Positions 18,867-29,795 of a stretch of 64,000 nucleotides of DNA are shown piece by piece. Under the pieces are notes generated by a model. It was not told where the DNA came from and did no database searches. It was given only the letters and a program-made list of their open reading frames with translations. Position 1 is the first letter of the stretch; every line of letters begins with the position of its first letter. Origin of the DNA: a virus; the IMG/VR virus record IMGVR_UViG_2846363972_000001, positions 4,643-68,642 of that record; one strand, 5' to 3'. The position numbers were made by a program, and so were the translations under genes.

Positions 18867-20333
18867 TTATTGCACCGCGATAGAAGCCAGATTCACAGTA
18901 TGAACACTGCCGCCGTCTGCATACCAGAGCTTTAACGGCAATGATTCGCGCTGACCGCGTACTTGTGCTGAAGCTTGATTTATCAGCAGGCAGTAACCGG
19001 TTGTTTCAATCTGCCGGGCCGCGTCAAAACCGGCCTCATAATTAATCTGCGATTTCTGTGCTTCGGAAAGGTTTACTCCGCGCTGGATACCGCCAAAATT
19101 CAGCATTTCATTAATCGGGTCTTGTGCGGCTGCGCGGTGAATGGCAATACCCTCAGCGTTATACGGGATAGCTTTATAGCTGATAAGCATATTCATAAAC
19201 GCCAGTTGCAGCTGAGCGTTGAAATACACCTGATTCAGGTAAGTATCTACCCAGGCAAAATCGCCGCTTACTCTGGTATTTCTGAAAAAGATAAACCGCT
19301 CATTAGCTGTTGCCCACGCGCCATAATAGGCGTAGCCGTTGCTTTCCAGTGCCGTGGCATCTTTAAGGGCGGTGACAGAGGCGGCGATACCACTTTGCCG
19401 CTTGAATTCCATAGTCGAGCGACCGTTTCTTTCACTAAAGTTGATGGAGGCGGCATAACCGCAAGCCAGCCCTGCCTGTTCGAGTGTGCCGTAAATCGCT
19501 GTTGTTCCGGATATGGCATTTTCTTTCAGCCATGAAGCAAAGCAGTTGGTGTTATTGGCAATCAGGGCGGTTGGCTCCTGCGCATAATAAACAAACCAGT
19601 AACGGCTGTTCTGTTTGCTGTTCCACTTAGCCAGTGCTTTCAGAACATCCTGAGTAAATGCATCGCCGATGGTAGTAATAACAGCATAATTCAGGGTATA
19701 GCCTGATACACGCTCCATTACAGAATCCGGACTGTCTGCCTTAGTGGCATTATCAGCAATCGCCCCGGTATTTTCAGTTAAGCAGAGGGCTTCTGCTGCT
19801 GTTCCGCTGGCAAAGGAAATAGCCGAACCTGCACCGGCAGACGGCGAGCTGATAATAAATGCCTGTAACTGCGTATCAAAGACAACATCGTTAGTTAAAG
19901 CCTCTTTGATTTTTACCGCAGCATCACTAAAGCTTTTGGCTTTGCTCAAATCGATTGTTGCAGTGATTACCGTGCCGTCTATGGTTAGGGTTAGATCCCC
20001 TTTGATGGCTTGCAGTTCATTCAACTGCAATGATTTGACACTGGCACCAATCAGCCGTGCACTAATATCTGTCTGATTGTAACGGACGATAAACAGGGTT
20101 GCGGGCTTGATGGTTGAACCGACATAACCATCAAAATAACACTGGGCAAACTGATACTGTTCACTGTTATAACCGTATACAGTGCCTACATCGGCGGCAC
20201 TGGCATACTGATTTATCGGATACACACTGTTGTCTGACAGTACAACGGTATTTAAGTCTAGTGCATCACCGCCTGTACCGATTACCGCCGGATTGACGGT
20301 AACAATATTACTTGCAGGAATTGAAGGTAACAT
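18867..20333 (-). CDS. Tail sheath protein (DUF3383-like)
   Basis: SIPASNIVTVNPAV, FKRQSGI, WVDTYLNQ, KLWYADGGSV motifs. Confidence 0.88.
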   Translation of the reverse strand: MLPSIPASNIVTVNPAVIGTGGDALDLNTVVLSDNSVYPINQYASAADVGTVYGYNSEQYQFAQCYFDGYVGSTIKPATLFIVRYNQTDISARLIGASVKSLQLNELQAIKGDLTLTIDGTVITATIDLSKAKSFSDAAVKIKEALTNDVVFDTQLQAFIISSPSAGAGSAISFASGTAAEALCLTENTGAIADNATKADSPDSVMERVSGYTLNYAVITTIGDAFTQDVLKALAKWNSKQNSRYWFVYYAQEPTALIANNTNCFASWLKENAISGTTAIYGTLEQAGLACGYAASINFSERNGRSTMEFKRQSGIAASVTALKDATALESNGYAYYGAWATANERFIFFRNTRVSGDFAWVDTYLNQVYFNAQLQLAFMNMLISYKAIPYNAEGIAIHRAAAQDPINEMLNFGGIQRGVNLSEAQKSQINYEAGFDAARQIETTGYCLLINQASAQVRGQRESLPLKLWYADGGSVHTVNLASIAVQ

Positions 20334-20341
20334 AATATTTC

Positions 20342-20848
20342 CTATGGGTTTTTCAAAGTTATAACCGGCATGTCCAGATAAGTCTGTTCATGCGTAAATT
20401 CAGGGTTGTATTGCAAAAGCAGCTCGACCATCCAGCGTTGCTCATAGCGTGACTGTTCATTGATAAACGTCATCTGTACAGGGTCTTTGCAGTAAAGCGG
20501 CTGGCAGGAGATAAGCCGCGCCGTGGTATAGTGGCTTTTCCAGAGATTGCACAGCTTGCGCGCTTTATCGCCTGAATCAGCCCCGTAAAAATCAATCTGC
20601 ATGGTTATCTCAACTGACTGCTGCACAAAGGTCTGATTGTCTGCCGGCTCGTAATAATGCGCGGAAACATCCAGTGCCTGCTCAAACAGAATTGACATAA
20701 CAATTGCCTGATCAGGTAAAGGTGCATCATTCTGGTAACCCTGTATGACTGATTCAGGCGGACATAAAAAAAGCCCGAGCAGATATGCGCGGACTTCTGT
20801 GTAAATCTGTTTATGCGTTACTGTCGCCATAGCAGCACCTTGCACCAT
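20342..20848 (-). CDS. Tail terminator/neck protein
   Basis: Position; QIDFYG, NEQSRYEQRW motifs. Confidence 0.7.
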   Translation of the reverse strand: MVQGAAMATVTHKQIYTEVRAYLLGLFLCPPESVIQGYQNDAPLPDQAIVMSILFEQALDVSAHYYEPADNQTFVQQSVEITMQIDFYGADSGDKARKLCNLWKSHYTTARLISCQPLYCKDPVQMTFINEQSRYEQRWMVELLLQYNPEFTHEQTYLDMPVITLKNP

Positions 20849-21198
20849 GCCGGAAAGGATTCCAGCACCTGTTTAACCATCCATTCTGATGTTTCGTTTT
20901 CGCCGTATGCGGTAAAAATTACCCGTTCCGCACCTTTACCCTGTGAGCGGCGGATTGCAGCTATCTGACCGGTTAGATAGGCATAGATAAACTGCCCTTG
21001 CTGGTTAATCAGATTAAGGTGCTCAAGGTCGGCAGAGGAAATACTTTGCAACTGAATAGTTATAGGCTTTTCCTCAAAGCATGGCGCAATGGCACCGGAT
21101 TCATCTACTGCTGAGCCTGAATTGATTTTTAAGACTGCCTCCTGATTAGGATTAACCCCGGCAATAATGCTGTTAGCCATTCCTCTAAGATTCATCAT
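20818..21198 (-). CDS. Head-tail joining protein
   Basis: MNLRGMAN..I..VNPN, W.VKQVLE.FPAWCKV. Confidence 0.7.
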   Translation of the reverse strand: MMNLRGMANSIIAGVNPNQEAVLKINSGSAVDESGAIAPCFEEKPITIQLQSISSADLEHLNLINQQGQFIYAYLTGQIAAIRRSQGKGAERVIFTAYGENETSEWMVKQVLESFPAWCKVLLWRQ

Positions 21199-21805
21199 TA
21201 TCTGATACCTCTACACCAATCGATCTGGACATCTGCATAGTGTCACGCAATGGAGCATCTCTGCCTTTTCTGGCGATGGTCGCTTTTGAGTTAGGCGGGT
21301 CTGTCCATGTCATGATTGATTCAACCAGATCGCCTTTCATAGCCTCACCGACCAGTTCCAGTCCTTTAGCCGCGCCATGCTGGCTAACCAGCCCCGGTAA
21401 AGCCTTAATCCATTCGCCCTTATGTGTCCGTACTGTTTTACGAAAGAATGAGCGCGCCGGAATGTTGATTGTGTGCGCCGGTACGGTATGAGTAGTGGCT
21501 AAATTGGCTTTAGACTGTTTAACAAAGCGGCCGTTAAGCCGGAAATCCCCGGTTTTTTCACTAACCAGCCGGTAAACGGTTATCTGGTGTTCCGGAATCT
21601 GAATCTGTGCGCCGTATTCATTCCAGAACGCCACCTGCGCAACGGGCAAGGGCTCGCCATCGGCTTGTGCATAGGTTGCACTCTCAAAAATACCTGCCCG
21701 CACCTTTTTGTTTTTGCCGGCTGCATATTTTTTCAGTGCATCCGATAAATCACCGGTTTTTTTCATACTAACGCCTAACCGGCATGGGAAACTTGCCGAG
21801 CACAT
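21185..21805 (-). CDS. Neck/tail completion protein
   Basis: VAQVAFWNEYG, IPARSFFR, PPNSKATIARKG..PLRDT. Confidence 0.75.
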   Translation of the reverse strand: MCSASFPCRLGVSMKKTGDLSDALKKYAAGKNKKVRAGIFESATYAQADGEPLPVAQVAFWNEYGAQIQIPEHQITVYRLVSEKTGDFRLNGRFVKQSKANLATTHTVPAHTINIPARSFFRKTVRTHKGEWIKALPGLVSQHGAAKGLELVGEAMKGDLVESIMTWTDPPNSKATIARKGRDAPLRDTMQMSRSIGVEVSDNDES

Positions 21806-22175
21806 AAAAGAATGAGCGGTATTGTTTGATCAATGCCCAGTAGCGCGCCCCGTATGGTGTCTGCTGGTACCACTTTTCCGACTGGGTAGTCTGGCCGTTA
21901 TCCAGTGATACAGACACACTGCCCTCAGAAGCACTGGCAACACGACCGACTGCCTCGTTACCGCTGTCGATACGCTGCTGTAAGGTAGCAATATGCGCTA
22001 CCAGCAGAAACAGCAGCAATTCACGCTCATCAAGATTTTTAATAATGCTTTTATCGGTGTTATTGCACTGCATGCAGGCTTCAACAAAAAACATACTAAG
22101 CTGATCATCAGTTGCGCTAATTTTCGGGTACAGTTTCCGGAACTTTAAGAGGTTAAACTGAACAATACCGCTCAT
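21768..22175 (-). CDS. Head-tail adaptor (DUF4054-like)
   Basis: LLVAHIA, GRVASASEGSVSVS, WYQQTPYG.RYW. Confidence 0.85.
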   Translation of the reverse strand: MSGIVQFNLLKFRKLYPKISATDDQLSMFFVEACMQCNNTDKSIIKNLDERELLLFLLVAHIATLQQRIDSGNEAVGRVASASEGSVSVSLDNGQTTQSEKWYQQTPYGARYWALIKQYRSFFYVLGKFPMPVRR

Positions 22176-22184
22176 ATTTGCACC

Positions 22185-22520
22185 TTATTCCAGCTCGTTG
22201 TTTTTGGGTGGCGAAATAGGCTCTGTGCTGGATTTAGTTTTGCGTTTCTCTTTAGCTTCTGCCGTAGTGTCTTTGGTGTTGCTGTGCGCAAAAATCAGTC
22301 CGTTCTTAGTAATATCGCGATCCTTATTTTTGGCCAGCCATGCCTGCCAGAAATCCGCCGGCACATTTTCGGTAATACCATGCCCGCCAATAACATTAGA
22401 TGTATTAAACCCGTTAATCTTTACGGTTTTATCATCAACCTGTAAAAGCAAGCCATTAGTTATCTTGCACCCGATAATAACTGTGTCATTCGACATATGA
22501 ACTCCTAAAATAAAAACCAC
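22185..22520 (-). CDS. Phage structural/packaging protein
   Basis: VIIGCKITNGL, GITENVPADFW motifs; follows capsid. Confidence 0.6.
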   Translation of the reverse strand: MVFILGVHMSNDTVIIGCKITNGLLLQVDDKTVKINGFNTSNVIGGHGITENVPADFWQAWLAKNKDRDITKNGLIFAHSNTKDTTAEAKEKRKTKSSTEPISPPKNNELE

Positions 22521-22549
22521 CCCTGAGGGTGGTCGTCTTTATATAAAAA

Positions 22550-23551
22550 TTAAGAAGCCAGCATGCTTGCAATAAACAGCGGCCGGTAAATAATAGCCCC
22601 CAGTGTTCCCTGTGACCGCTTCTGCTCATAGCCAGATGACATCTGAATCAGCGGGTGTACGCGCATTTTTTCGGTAAATCCCAGTTCTACTGTTGGCTGC
22701 CCTTCGTACTCGTCTACAATTAACTGAACTAATTCGCCAGCTTCGGTTTTATATTCCGGTATTGTGACTATTTTCAGATTCGGGAAATTTTTATTAACCT
22801 GATCAGTCACGTTTACATTATAGGTATTGGTTTTCGTTAGTTGTACAGATGCATTTGGAGACAACAGCATAGTCATTGGTGTTTCAAGATCAACCAAGCC
22901 GTCCGTTTGTTTTATGAGCTGAGCGAAAAGCCGCTGGATTGAATCATAAACCTCTTGTCCGTCCATGTTCTCCCATGATGAATCAACTATTGACGGCAAT
23001 AGTCGAGGATCATTTATCAAGCCGTAATTCTGCAAGCCTTCAATTCCGCGGAGATAGCTCTTGTTCTGGAATTTATTTAAAGTCAAGGCAGCCGCAATCT
23101 GCTTACGGCTTGCCCAATCCAGTCCGGCGGCACCAGCTATTGCTAATTCCCGTTCACCAATACGAATAAATGTCTGGTAGTGATAGGGCTGACGAGACGG
23201 ATAGTTAACATTCGCATCACTTAGCCCGTTGTTATTGAAATCACCATAGGACGAAGTCTCACCAGTGCTTTCCAGTACCTGAAATGTCACTGTTGTCGAG
23301 GTAAAGTCACCCTTTTTACATTCAGAGAATGCAGTTGCCGTTTTCATTGGCGTTACCAATACCTCAATAACCTTTGGATCAACATAAGTTGTAAACAAAG
23401 CAGGAATGCCGGCATTTGGCGAAGTTTGCAGGGTGCTGGCACTATCCATAGCCAGTGCCATTCGACTTTTCTCCGTTAGCTCTACGGGAGCTTTGCCTGT
23501 TGCAAATACAACCCCTGCGCGTTGATTTAAAGTATTAAAATTTAATTCCAT
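22550..23551 (-). CDS. Major capsid protein (DUF2184-like)
   Basis: LAMDS, PNAGIPALFTTYVDP, NGLSDANVNYPSRQ, QKRSQGT.GAII. Confidence 0.88.
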   Translation of the reverse strand: MELNFNTLNQRAGVVFATGKAPVELTEKSRMALAMDSASTLQTSPNAGIPALFTTYVDPKVIEVLVTPMKTATAFSECKKGDFTSTTVTFQVLESTGETSSYGDFNNNGLSDANVNYPSRQPYHYQTFIRIGERELAIAGAAGLDWASRKQIAAALTLNKFQNKSYLRGIEGLQNYGLINDPRLLPSIVDSSWENMDGQEVYDSIQRLFAQLIKQTDGLVDLETPMTMLLSPNASVQLTKTNTYNVNVTDQVNKNFPNLKIVTIPEYKTEAGELVQLIVDEYEGQPTVELGFTEKMRVHPLIQMSSGYEQKRSQGTLGAIIYRPLFIASMLAS

Positions 23552-23562
23552 TTTAAATCCTT

Positions 23563-24038
23563 TTAATGTTTTGAAATCTTGGCTAATGCACCGGCTTCTG
23601 CTTTGCTGGCCACAATAAAGCCTGTTTCCTCGTAACCGGCAGGGGCTGTATCGGCAGCAGCAACACTGCCATTAGCCGTACTGGCAAAAACTTTCTGTCC
23701 GATATTTGCGCCACCAGCGAAACGCGCCCAAAAATCGCCGCCATCATATAGCGTTACGATAAAACCTTTTGGAATGGTTAAACTGGATTCAGCCAGATAC
23801 TCATTAAGGAGTGCGGTATTGTCTCGGCGCACAAACCCGATTAATCCATTGGCAACTTTAGTATTAGTAGCCAATCCTGTTTCAGGATCGAACCAGGCAA
23901 AGCTGCCAACAATTACGCCTTGATCACCAGCTTTGATTTGCCCTTCACCTGCAAGTACAGAGTAATAGGGATTGGTAGAGGCAAAATCACCCTCAACACC
24001 AACCGGCAGATCATTATTTAAATGTGTTGAAATCCCAT
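23563..24038 (-). pseudogene. Capsid decoration/cement protein, 1-nt deletion near the start
   Basis: ATG GGA TTT CAA CAC ATT TAA; one added A gives MGFQTHLNNDLPVGVEGDFASTNP in frame with 23563-23874 (span 476 nt). Confidence 0.8.
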
Positions 24039-24048
24039 TTTTAATCCT

Positions 24049-25167
24049 TTATTTAAAACGTTCTGTAAGCTTATCCGCAGGTGCCAACATGCTATCCATC
24101 GCTACAGTGGGTTTGGGTGTCTCCGTAATCAGCATTCCAACCATTGCCTTATATGCGCTAGGGTGCACGCCATTAATATTTATGCCTTTTTGCTGTAAGG
24201 CATATTTGTAAACCGCCTCAGCACTGTCCATAGCCACCACACCAACCAGCGGCTTGACCTGTTCGCGTGCTTCAAACAACGCAGTAACATCCTTTACCGC
24301 TGCGGCACGGATTGAATCGGCATCCATAGCCGGCTTGGATTTTTCTGTATCGTCCGGCTCTTCGTCTTCTGCCTTTTCTTCCTTGCTATCAGATTCCTCA
24401 TCTTCGGCGGTTTTTTCTGTTTCATCTTCGTCTTCCGCTTCTTTTGCCGGCTCTTCTGTGTCACTGGCAGCGGGTATCAGCATATTGTCTGCAACCGTTT
24501 TAATCACTCCCTCGACAACATCCGGCGTAATATCGCCATCCATGCCCATAATAGGCTTTAGCACTTCTGCTACAGCCTCAACTGCACCTTGTTTCAGCTT
24601 CATTGAATTCTCCATAAGTCCGATTGGTAAACCATCTGCAATAACTGCATCTCTTCCTATCCGTCCGCGTTCAACCATAGCCACATGATTGCCGTGGATA
24701 TTCCTCATAATTCCGTCATATTTCTGTCCCTCAAATTCGCCCGAAGTCATATCTGCGGTGTAGGCATATCCGGCAGACAGTTCGTTCAGCTTTTCGTTTT
24801 CAATCAGTGCAATGGCTTCTTTGTCAAAAATACGCAAGCTGGCATAAACATCGTTACCCTCTAGCTGCGGGTTAATTACTGTTCCTACCGTAATATCGTT
24901 ATGCGGCTCTTCTGCGCTGACCGGCGTATGCCTGAGCAGCAATTGCACCCCGTTAAAAGAAAGGAGAGCTTTTTCAAGCTCTCCCTTGTCACGTAGCAGG
25001 TAATAGATTTTGTCCGGTTGCAGTTGCAGCCTTTCGTAATCCGGTATTTCCCGCCCGAAATACGGATTAACGGCAGCCTTACTGATAATTGTTCGCTCAA
25101 CCAGTAAATGTCCGTTACCGTCATAAGAACGCATGGATTTATCCATGGCCAGAGTTTTTTCGGTCAT
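24049..25167 (-). CDS. Prohead protease/scaffold (DUF2213-like)
   Basis: LAMDKSMRSYD.NGHL, ELSAGY, GNHVAMVERGRIG; acidic C-terminal scaffold. Confidence 0.88.
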   Translation of the reverse strand: MTEKTLAMDKSMRSYDGNGHLLVERTIISKAAVNPYFGREIPDYERLQLQPDKIYYLLRDKGELEKALLSFNGVQLLLRHTPVSAEEPHNDITVGTVINPQLEGNDVYASLRIFDKEAIALIENEKLNELSAGYAYTADMTSGEFEGQKYDGIMRNIHGNHVAMVERGRIGRDAVIADGLPIGLMENSMKLKQGAVEAVAEVLKPIMGMDGDITPDVVEGVIKTVADNMLIPAASDTEEPAKEAEDEDETEKTAEDEESDSKEEKAEDEEPDDTEKSKPAMDADSIRAAAVKDVTALFEAREQVKPLVGVVAMDSAEAVYKYALQQKGININGVHPSAYKAMVGMLITETPKPTVAMDSMLAPADKLTERFK

Positions 25168-25967
25168 TGTTCTATCCCGTCTATAATGCTTTTACTGCCG
25201 CAGCGGCAATTAATCAGCATGCCTGGTTGTACCCATTCACCGTCCAGATACATTCCTTTGCTTACCTCAAATACTTTACCGTTTGCCTGTAAATGTGATT
25301 GCCGTGGCTTTTTGCTGCGATGTGAGTGTAACCAGATTGCCTTGGTAATACCCAGCTCCTGCCGCTTGGCGCATTCAATTACCGCATGCGCCTTTGCTCC
25401 CTGATCTCTTGCAATCAGTTCAGCACGGCGTTTACTGATGTCATAATTTTTTTCAAGTTCTGTTGCTAGCCCTGAAAGGTCGTAACCACTGGTAACACAC
25501 TGCCATACCTGCTTCTGTACCCGCTCCAGATACTGTGAAGCAATGGATTTAATCTCCCCGACATTAGTTTCAATTGTCGCTTGTAACGCTTCACGCTGAT
25601 ATGGTGTTATTTGAAACCGGACAGTAAAGCCAGCTTTGCGCATGTGTGTTTTTAACAGGCTTTCATAGTTGGTTACGGTTTTGCTGACAAATGCCTCAGC
25701 AATTTCCGGCGCCAGCCTGTCCAGCCTGTCTGACCATTTAGACGCCAGATAATCAACCACGTGGGCAACCCAGTCGACTATTCCGTCCATAGCCATCTGA
25801 GCCTTTTCCTGAGCGGCACGTTTGCGAAATTCTGTCACCAGCACCTGATTCACTTCATCGGAAATCTGATTAAGCAGTTTAATAAGTGCTTTGCGGTAGC
25901 TGTTTTCTATGCCGGCATTAGGCCATAGTACCGGCAGTGTTGTCGGCTTCTTCCTGATTATTGCCAT
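25164..25967 (-). CDS. Head morphogenesis protein (Mu gpF/SPP1 gp7-like)
   Basis: RAELIARDQ..KA, W.HSH, R.SH, PGMLINCRC. Confidence 0.88.
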   Translation of the reverse strand: MAIIRKKPTTLPVLWPNAGIENSYRKALIKLLNQISDEVNQVLVTEFRKRAAQEKAQMAMDGIVDWVAHVVDYLASKWSDRLDRLAPEIAEAFVSKTVTNYESLLKTHMRKAGFTVRFQITPYQREALQATIETNVGEIKSIASQYLERVQKQVWQCVTSGYDLSGLATELEKNYDISKRRAELIARDQGAKAHAVIECAKRQELGITKAIWLHSHRSKKPRQSHLQANGKVFEVSKGMYLDGEWVQPGMLINCRCGSKSIIDGIEQ

Positions 25968-27471
25968 GATTAAAATCCCACTGCGGCTGTTCCGGTACGT
26001 CTTCCACATCAATACCTGAGTAATCGTCGCTTTCATCTTTAGCCAGACGCGCGCGTACTTCTTCCTGAGAAAGCACACCGGCGCTAATCAGTACATTGTC
26101 TCTTTCCGCCTTAACTTTATCGGTGTTGGCTTCCTGTTCTTTATTTAACTGCTCCAGCGGTTTAAATACAAAGACAATCTGCGGGTCTATTTCCCCGAAC
26201 AGGTCAAGCTGAATCAGTTTGATAATGGCAGTAAGCTGTGGCAGTAAATGCGCCTCCTGCATACCGGAGATGTACTCGTGATAAACCTGAATCTCACCAT
26301 CACTACTGGCGTTTAATCCGCTTGGTGTAATCCCCAGCAATTTAACCAGTGGCGTACGGCTTGGTGCGGCCATTTGTTCCTGTGATTTCTGCAGCAGGTT
26401 ATCCAGCGTGGATAGCGGTGTGTTGAATTGGAAAAACTCTTCATTATCGTTATCCAGCAGCATCAGATTCTGATTGCCGCGTAATTGCGAAAACAGTTTA
26501 GAGCGCAGCAATAACTGAGTAACCCCATCATCACCGCCGGCCAGAATATTGCTCATATCGGTTTTAATGCCGGTGAGTGAAAACGAATGAATCAGCTCAG
26601 ACACACTGTCAACTGTGCGTTGCCACCTTTCCACATACGGCTGCATAAGCTGCAACATGGATATACCACTAAAGTTATATGCAGGCTTAAGCATATCCGT
26701 CACCGGACGCATAACCAGTGTTAGCAAACGGTCTGCATGTACCTCTTCGCCCATAACAAACCATTTTGACGGTTTAAAGAAATCCGCAGCAGTTGCATCA
26801 CTGGCGTTGTAAAAGCTTGGTGTAGTCCAGATCGGCTCAATCAGTTTAAGCCCTTTAAGGCAGCCTTTACCCAGTACCGCCTTATCAATCAGCAGCGGTA
26901 TGTCTTTTTGGTTTTCATGCCCTTTGATATTAATGAATATTTGCGAACGCCCGAAAATCATTTCATTTTCAATATGGTGGCGCATCAACTCACGAATATT
27001 CAGCGCATCCATACGCGCTTCAATGCTTTTGATTTTGTCGCGGTAGTCTTTATCATTGCTGTCATTGGCAACTTTGACTTCGCCCCATGTGCGGGTCATT
27101 TCCTGCGCTGTGGCTTCATAAACGCAGCGGTAATCCGTAGACTGGGACATGCTGGCCAGTGCCTGATACCCGATAAAGCATGGGTAAAAGTGAGGCGCAT
27201 TAATATCAAAAGCATATGAAGATGTAAGACTGTCCTGAGCAATAGCCGGCTTTCTGCCCTTCGGTACCACACCGGCAGGAATATCAGGCATTTGGTAGCC
27301 TTGTGGCGCAGTATTCGCTGATTGCATTTCTTGCATAAAGGCAATTACCCGCTCATTGGCCATACTTTGCCTATGCTTGGCTTCCAGCTCAAGCTTTTTA
27401 AGCCGGTTAGCCTCTTCCTGCGCAGCCAGCTCACGCTCTTTCAGTTTGTTGCGTTTCCAGAATTTCATCAT
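25918..27471 (-). CDS. Portal protein (DUF1073-like)
   Basis: F.GYQALA.MSQ, YNFSGISMLQ, TPLVKLLGITPSGLNASSDGE. Confidence 0.9.
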   Translation of the reverse strand: MMKFWKRNKLKERELAAQEEANRLKKLELEAKHRQSMANERVIAFMQEMQSANTAPQGYQMPDIPAGVVPKGRKPAIAQDSLTSSYAFDINAPHFYPCFIGYQALASMSQSTDYRCVYEATAQEMTRTWGEVKVANDSNDKDYRDKIKSIEARMDALNIRELMRHHIENEMIFGRSQIFINIKGHENQKDIPLLIDKAVLGKGCLKGLKLIEPIWTTPSFYNASDATAADFFKPSKWFVMGEEVHADRLLTLVMRPVTDMLKPAYNFSGISMLQLMQPYVERWQRTVDSVSELIHSFSLTGIKTDMSNILAGGDDGVTQLLLRSKLFSQLRGNQNLMLLDNDNEEFFQFNTPLSTLDNLLQKSQEQMAAPSRTPLVKLLGITPSGLNASSDGEIQVYHEYISGMQEAHLLPQLTAIIKLIQLDLFGEIDPQIVFVFKPLEQLNKEQEANTDKVKAERDNVLISAGVLSQEEVRARLAKDESDDYSGIDVEDVPEQPQWDFNHGNNQEEADNTAGTMA

Positions 27472-28832
27472 AAATTATTCAGACTGTTAGGATTGATATT
27501 TAAACCAACGGATACCGGAGCAAAAGCCATGATTAAGGCATCAGCACGGTTAGGTGACGGAATGCCGCGCTTTTTCATATCCTTTTTACTTTCTACCCGC
27601 ACCCGCCCGTTATCGTCATACGCTACCTGCGGCCGGCTTAATTCAGCCTTGAGATATTCAATATCCCTGATACTTCCATCCAGACTGATCAGCTCATCCG
27701 CAGGGTAGTTATCGCCTTTCTCAACTGCACGCCACGTCTTGTAAAACCGGTCGCGCACATGCCACCACGCCTGCGCTTTGATATTGGCAAACATATCTTT
27801 GTTCTTTTTAGCCGGCATATACAGCGATTCAGGTTTATAAACTTTGCCGCCGGCATTAAATCCTACGGTCTGAATGCAGCCTTTTTTACGCGCAAACTGA
27901 GCCTTGACGCCGGCACCCACACCAATACTGTCGAATATAACCTTATCAATATTGGCCTCCATTGCGTCCTGATAGACTTTATCAGCGGAATAGATGACAT
28001 CCTGCCCGCGCCATTCATCCATACAGAACACAATCGAGCCATGCCGCCCGACTGTTGCGTTAGCGTCCTCACCCTCGTCTGCCACATCAAACCCTAAAAT
28101 GCGTTTGCCTGCTGCGGTTAAATCCAGACGGGTATGCGCATTTGTTGCTGCCTCAATCCATGCCGGTTTAATAATAGCCAGCTCACTGTCTGCCACCGGC
28201 TCACCCAGCCAGATATGCCGGTACAGCTCATAATCCCGCTCCTTACATGCTTCCATTTCTATTCGCAGCACTTCGGGAAAGTTCGGGTTATCGTAATAGT
28301 TGGCTTTAATAACAATTGCATTATCCGGAGGACGGATTACAAAACGCTGGTGCGTATCGTCCAGCATGTTTTTCGGATTGTATGAAACCCATATTTCACT
28401 GCCCGGTGTGCGGATTGTAGGAATCAGGGTATCCCACATCTCCTGAGTGATACTTTCTGCCTCTTCTATCCAGCATACGCCGGCACCCTCAAGTGATTTA
28501 ATCTTCCCCGGGTCATTCTTAATCCCAAAGAAGATAAAGTTTGTGCCTGTCCCTCTATGAATAATGGTTGATTTCTGTACTTCAAATTCATCATCATAGC
28601 CAAGGCGGGAAATAGTGTTTGAGAGTAGTTTGTGTACTGAATCAGCAATTGATAGCTGCAATTCACGTACACATGGGATAGTTGTCTTTGTACGTCTGGC
28701 TATTTCAATTGCCAGCTCTGCAAACATCCACGACTTACCCGACCCACGACCACCATATGCAACCTTGTAACGTGCTGGTCTGGCAAATTTGGCAAAGTGT
28801 TTACTAATCATCTGCCTGCTCAAATATCGCAC
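27468..28832 (-). CDS. Terminase large subunit (PBSX-like)
   Basis: YKVAYGGRGSGKS Walker A, WIEEAE Walker B, GFDVAD, SPNRADAL nuclease motifs. Confidence 0.95.
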   Translation of the reverse strand: MRYLSRQMISKHFAKFARPARYKVAYGGRGSGKSWMFAELAIEIARRTKTTIPCVRELQLSIADSVHKLLSNTISRLGYDDEFEVQKSTIIHRGTGTNFIFFGIKNDPGKIKSLEGAGVCWIEEAESITQEMWDTLIPTIRTPGSEIWVSYNPKNMLDDTHQRFVIRPPDNAIVIKANYYDNPNFPEVLRIEMEACKERDYELYRHIWLGEPVADSELAIIKPAWIEAATNAHTRLDLTAAGKRILGFDVADEGEDANATVGRHGSIVFCMDEWRGQDVIYSADKVYQDAMEANIDKVIFDSIGVGAGVKAQFARKKGCIQTVGFNAGGKVYKPESLYMPAKKNKDMFANIKAQAWWHVRDRFYKTWRAVEKGDNYPADELISLDGSIRDIEYLKAELSRPQVAYDDNGRVRVESKKDMKKRGIPSPNRADALIMAFAPVSVGLNINPNSLNNL

Positions 28833-29352
28833 TAATCGGGCGTGTCTCTATTTTTAACTCACCTGATACAGAAGTCTTTTCATTAAACGCCTGTACAGTT
28901 ACATGCTTGCCCAGTAATTCAAGATTCTTCACCTTGTCCGGCCATTTAATCTTTTTGAGAATACTCTGGCCATCTTCTTTATCCATCATGGTAAGCACAT
29001 CAAAGCCGCTTAATGTCTTTTTCCATACTTCCGGCCATTCTTTCACCGGTAATACCGAGCCATCAGCATTAAGAATGTCCGCCACATCCATCTGGTCAAT
29101 CTCAACCAGACGCTGCAGAACATAATCAGCATTAATCTGTGTACGCATGCAGCGTTTTTGCTTTGCTTCGTTCAGTGCCTTTACAATCTCAGGTTTTCTG
29201 AGGTTTTCATGCCCTACTGCACTAGCCGTTCTGGCACTGTATCCTGCCCTGATTGCAGCCTGTGTTGCATTGAAATCTATTAGATACTCTTCAATAAAAC
29301 GCTGCTGTTTTTCTGTTAATCCGCTCATGGCGGAGTTGTTGGTATCCACCAT
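28804..29352 (-). CDS. Terminase small subunit
   Basis: LTEKQQRFIEEYLIDFNATQAAIRAGYS. Confidence 0.93.
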   Translation of the reverse strand: MVDTNNSAMSGLTEKQQRFIEEYLIDFNATQAAIRAGYSARTASAVGHENLRKPEIVKALNEAKQKRCMRTQINADYVLQRLVEIDQMDVADILNADGSVLPVKEWPEVWKKTLSGFDVLTMMDKEDGQSILKKIKWPDKVKNLELLGKHVTVQAFNEKTSVSGELKIETRPISAIFEQADD

Positions 29353-29592
29353 GGCAATCTCCAATAAAAAAAGCCCACGCGCGCGCGTAAGGCTTGTCTC
29401 TTTTTGCCGGTTAATATACATACACCAACAAAAAAAGCGGATTAGCTATTAGCCAACCCGCTATAAATATCATATGTAATATAAGTAATTTGCTACTAAA
29501 TCCTACAAAAAAACCAGCCTTTCGGGCTGGTTTGTCATATAGATTAAATCTCGCAAACTTACTAATTATTATCGTAAGTGTCTTTTAAAAAT

Positions 29593-29698
29593 ATAAACAT
29601 TTTTGCTCACATAAAGCTTGTAAATGTAAACAAAAATGTTTATACTTCTGATTAGTTACTCCTTGATGTAAAGGTGTAACTAATCAGAAGTATAAACA
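29593..29698. promoter_or_regulatory. Overlapping inverted repeats upstream of hicA
   Basis: 14-bp arms at about 29593-29606/29631-29644; perfect 23-bp arms at 29637-29659/29676-29698. Confidence 0.6.
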
Positions 29699-29795
29699 AT
29701 AGAACTGAAACGTTTAATTTATGAAAACGGCAATTAATTAACATAAGGATATACGAAAATGTCAAACTCAATCTTAAATTCCAGAAGGATATTTT

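Noticed and set aside
1826-23551. Tailocin or gene transfer agent interpretation of prophage 1
   Set aside because: Spike, wedge and fibre are broken, which a working tailocin or GTA would need, and head genes are retained; cannot be fully excluded if the lesions are sequencing errors
24300-24460. Low-complexity TTC/TCT repeats
   Set aside because: They encode the acidic scaffold linker of the DUF2213-like protein, which is expected
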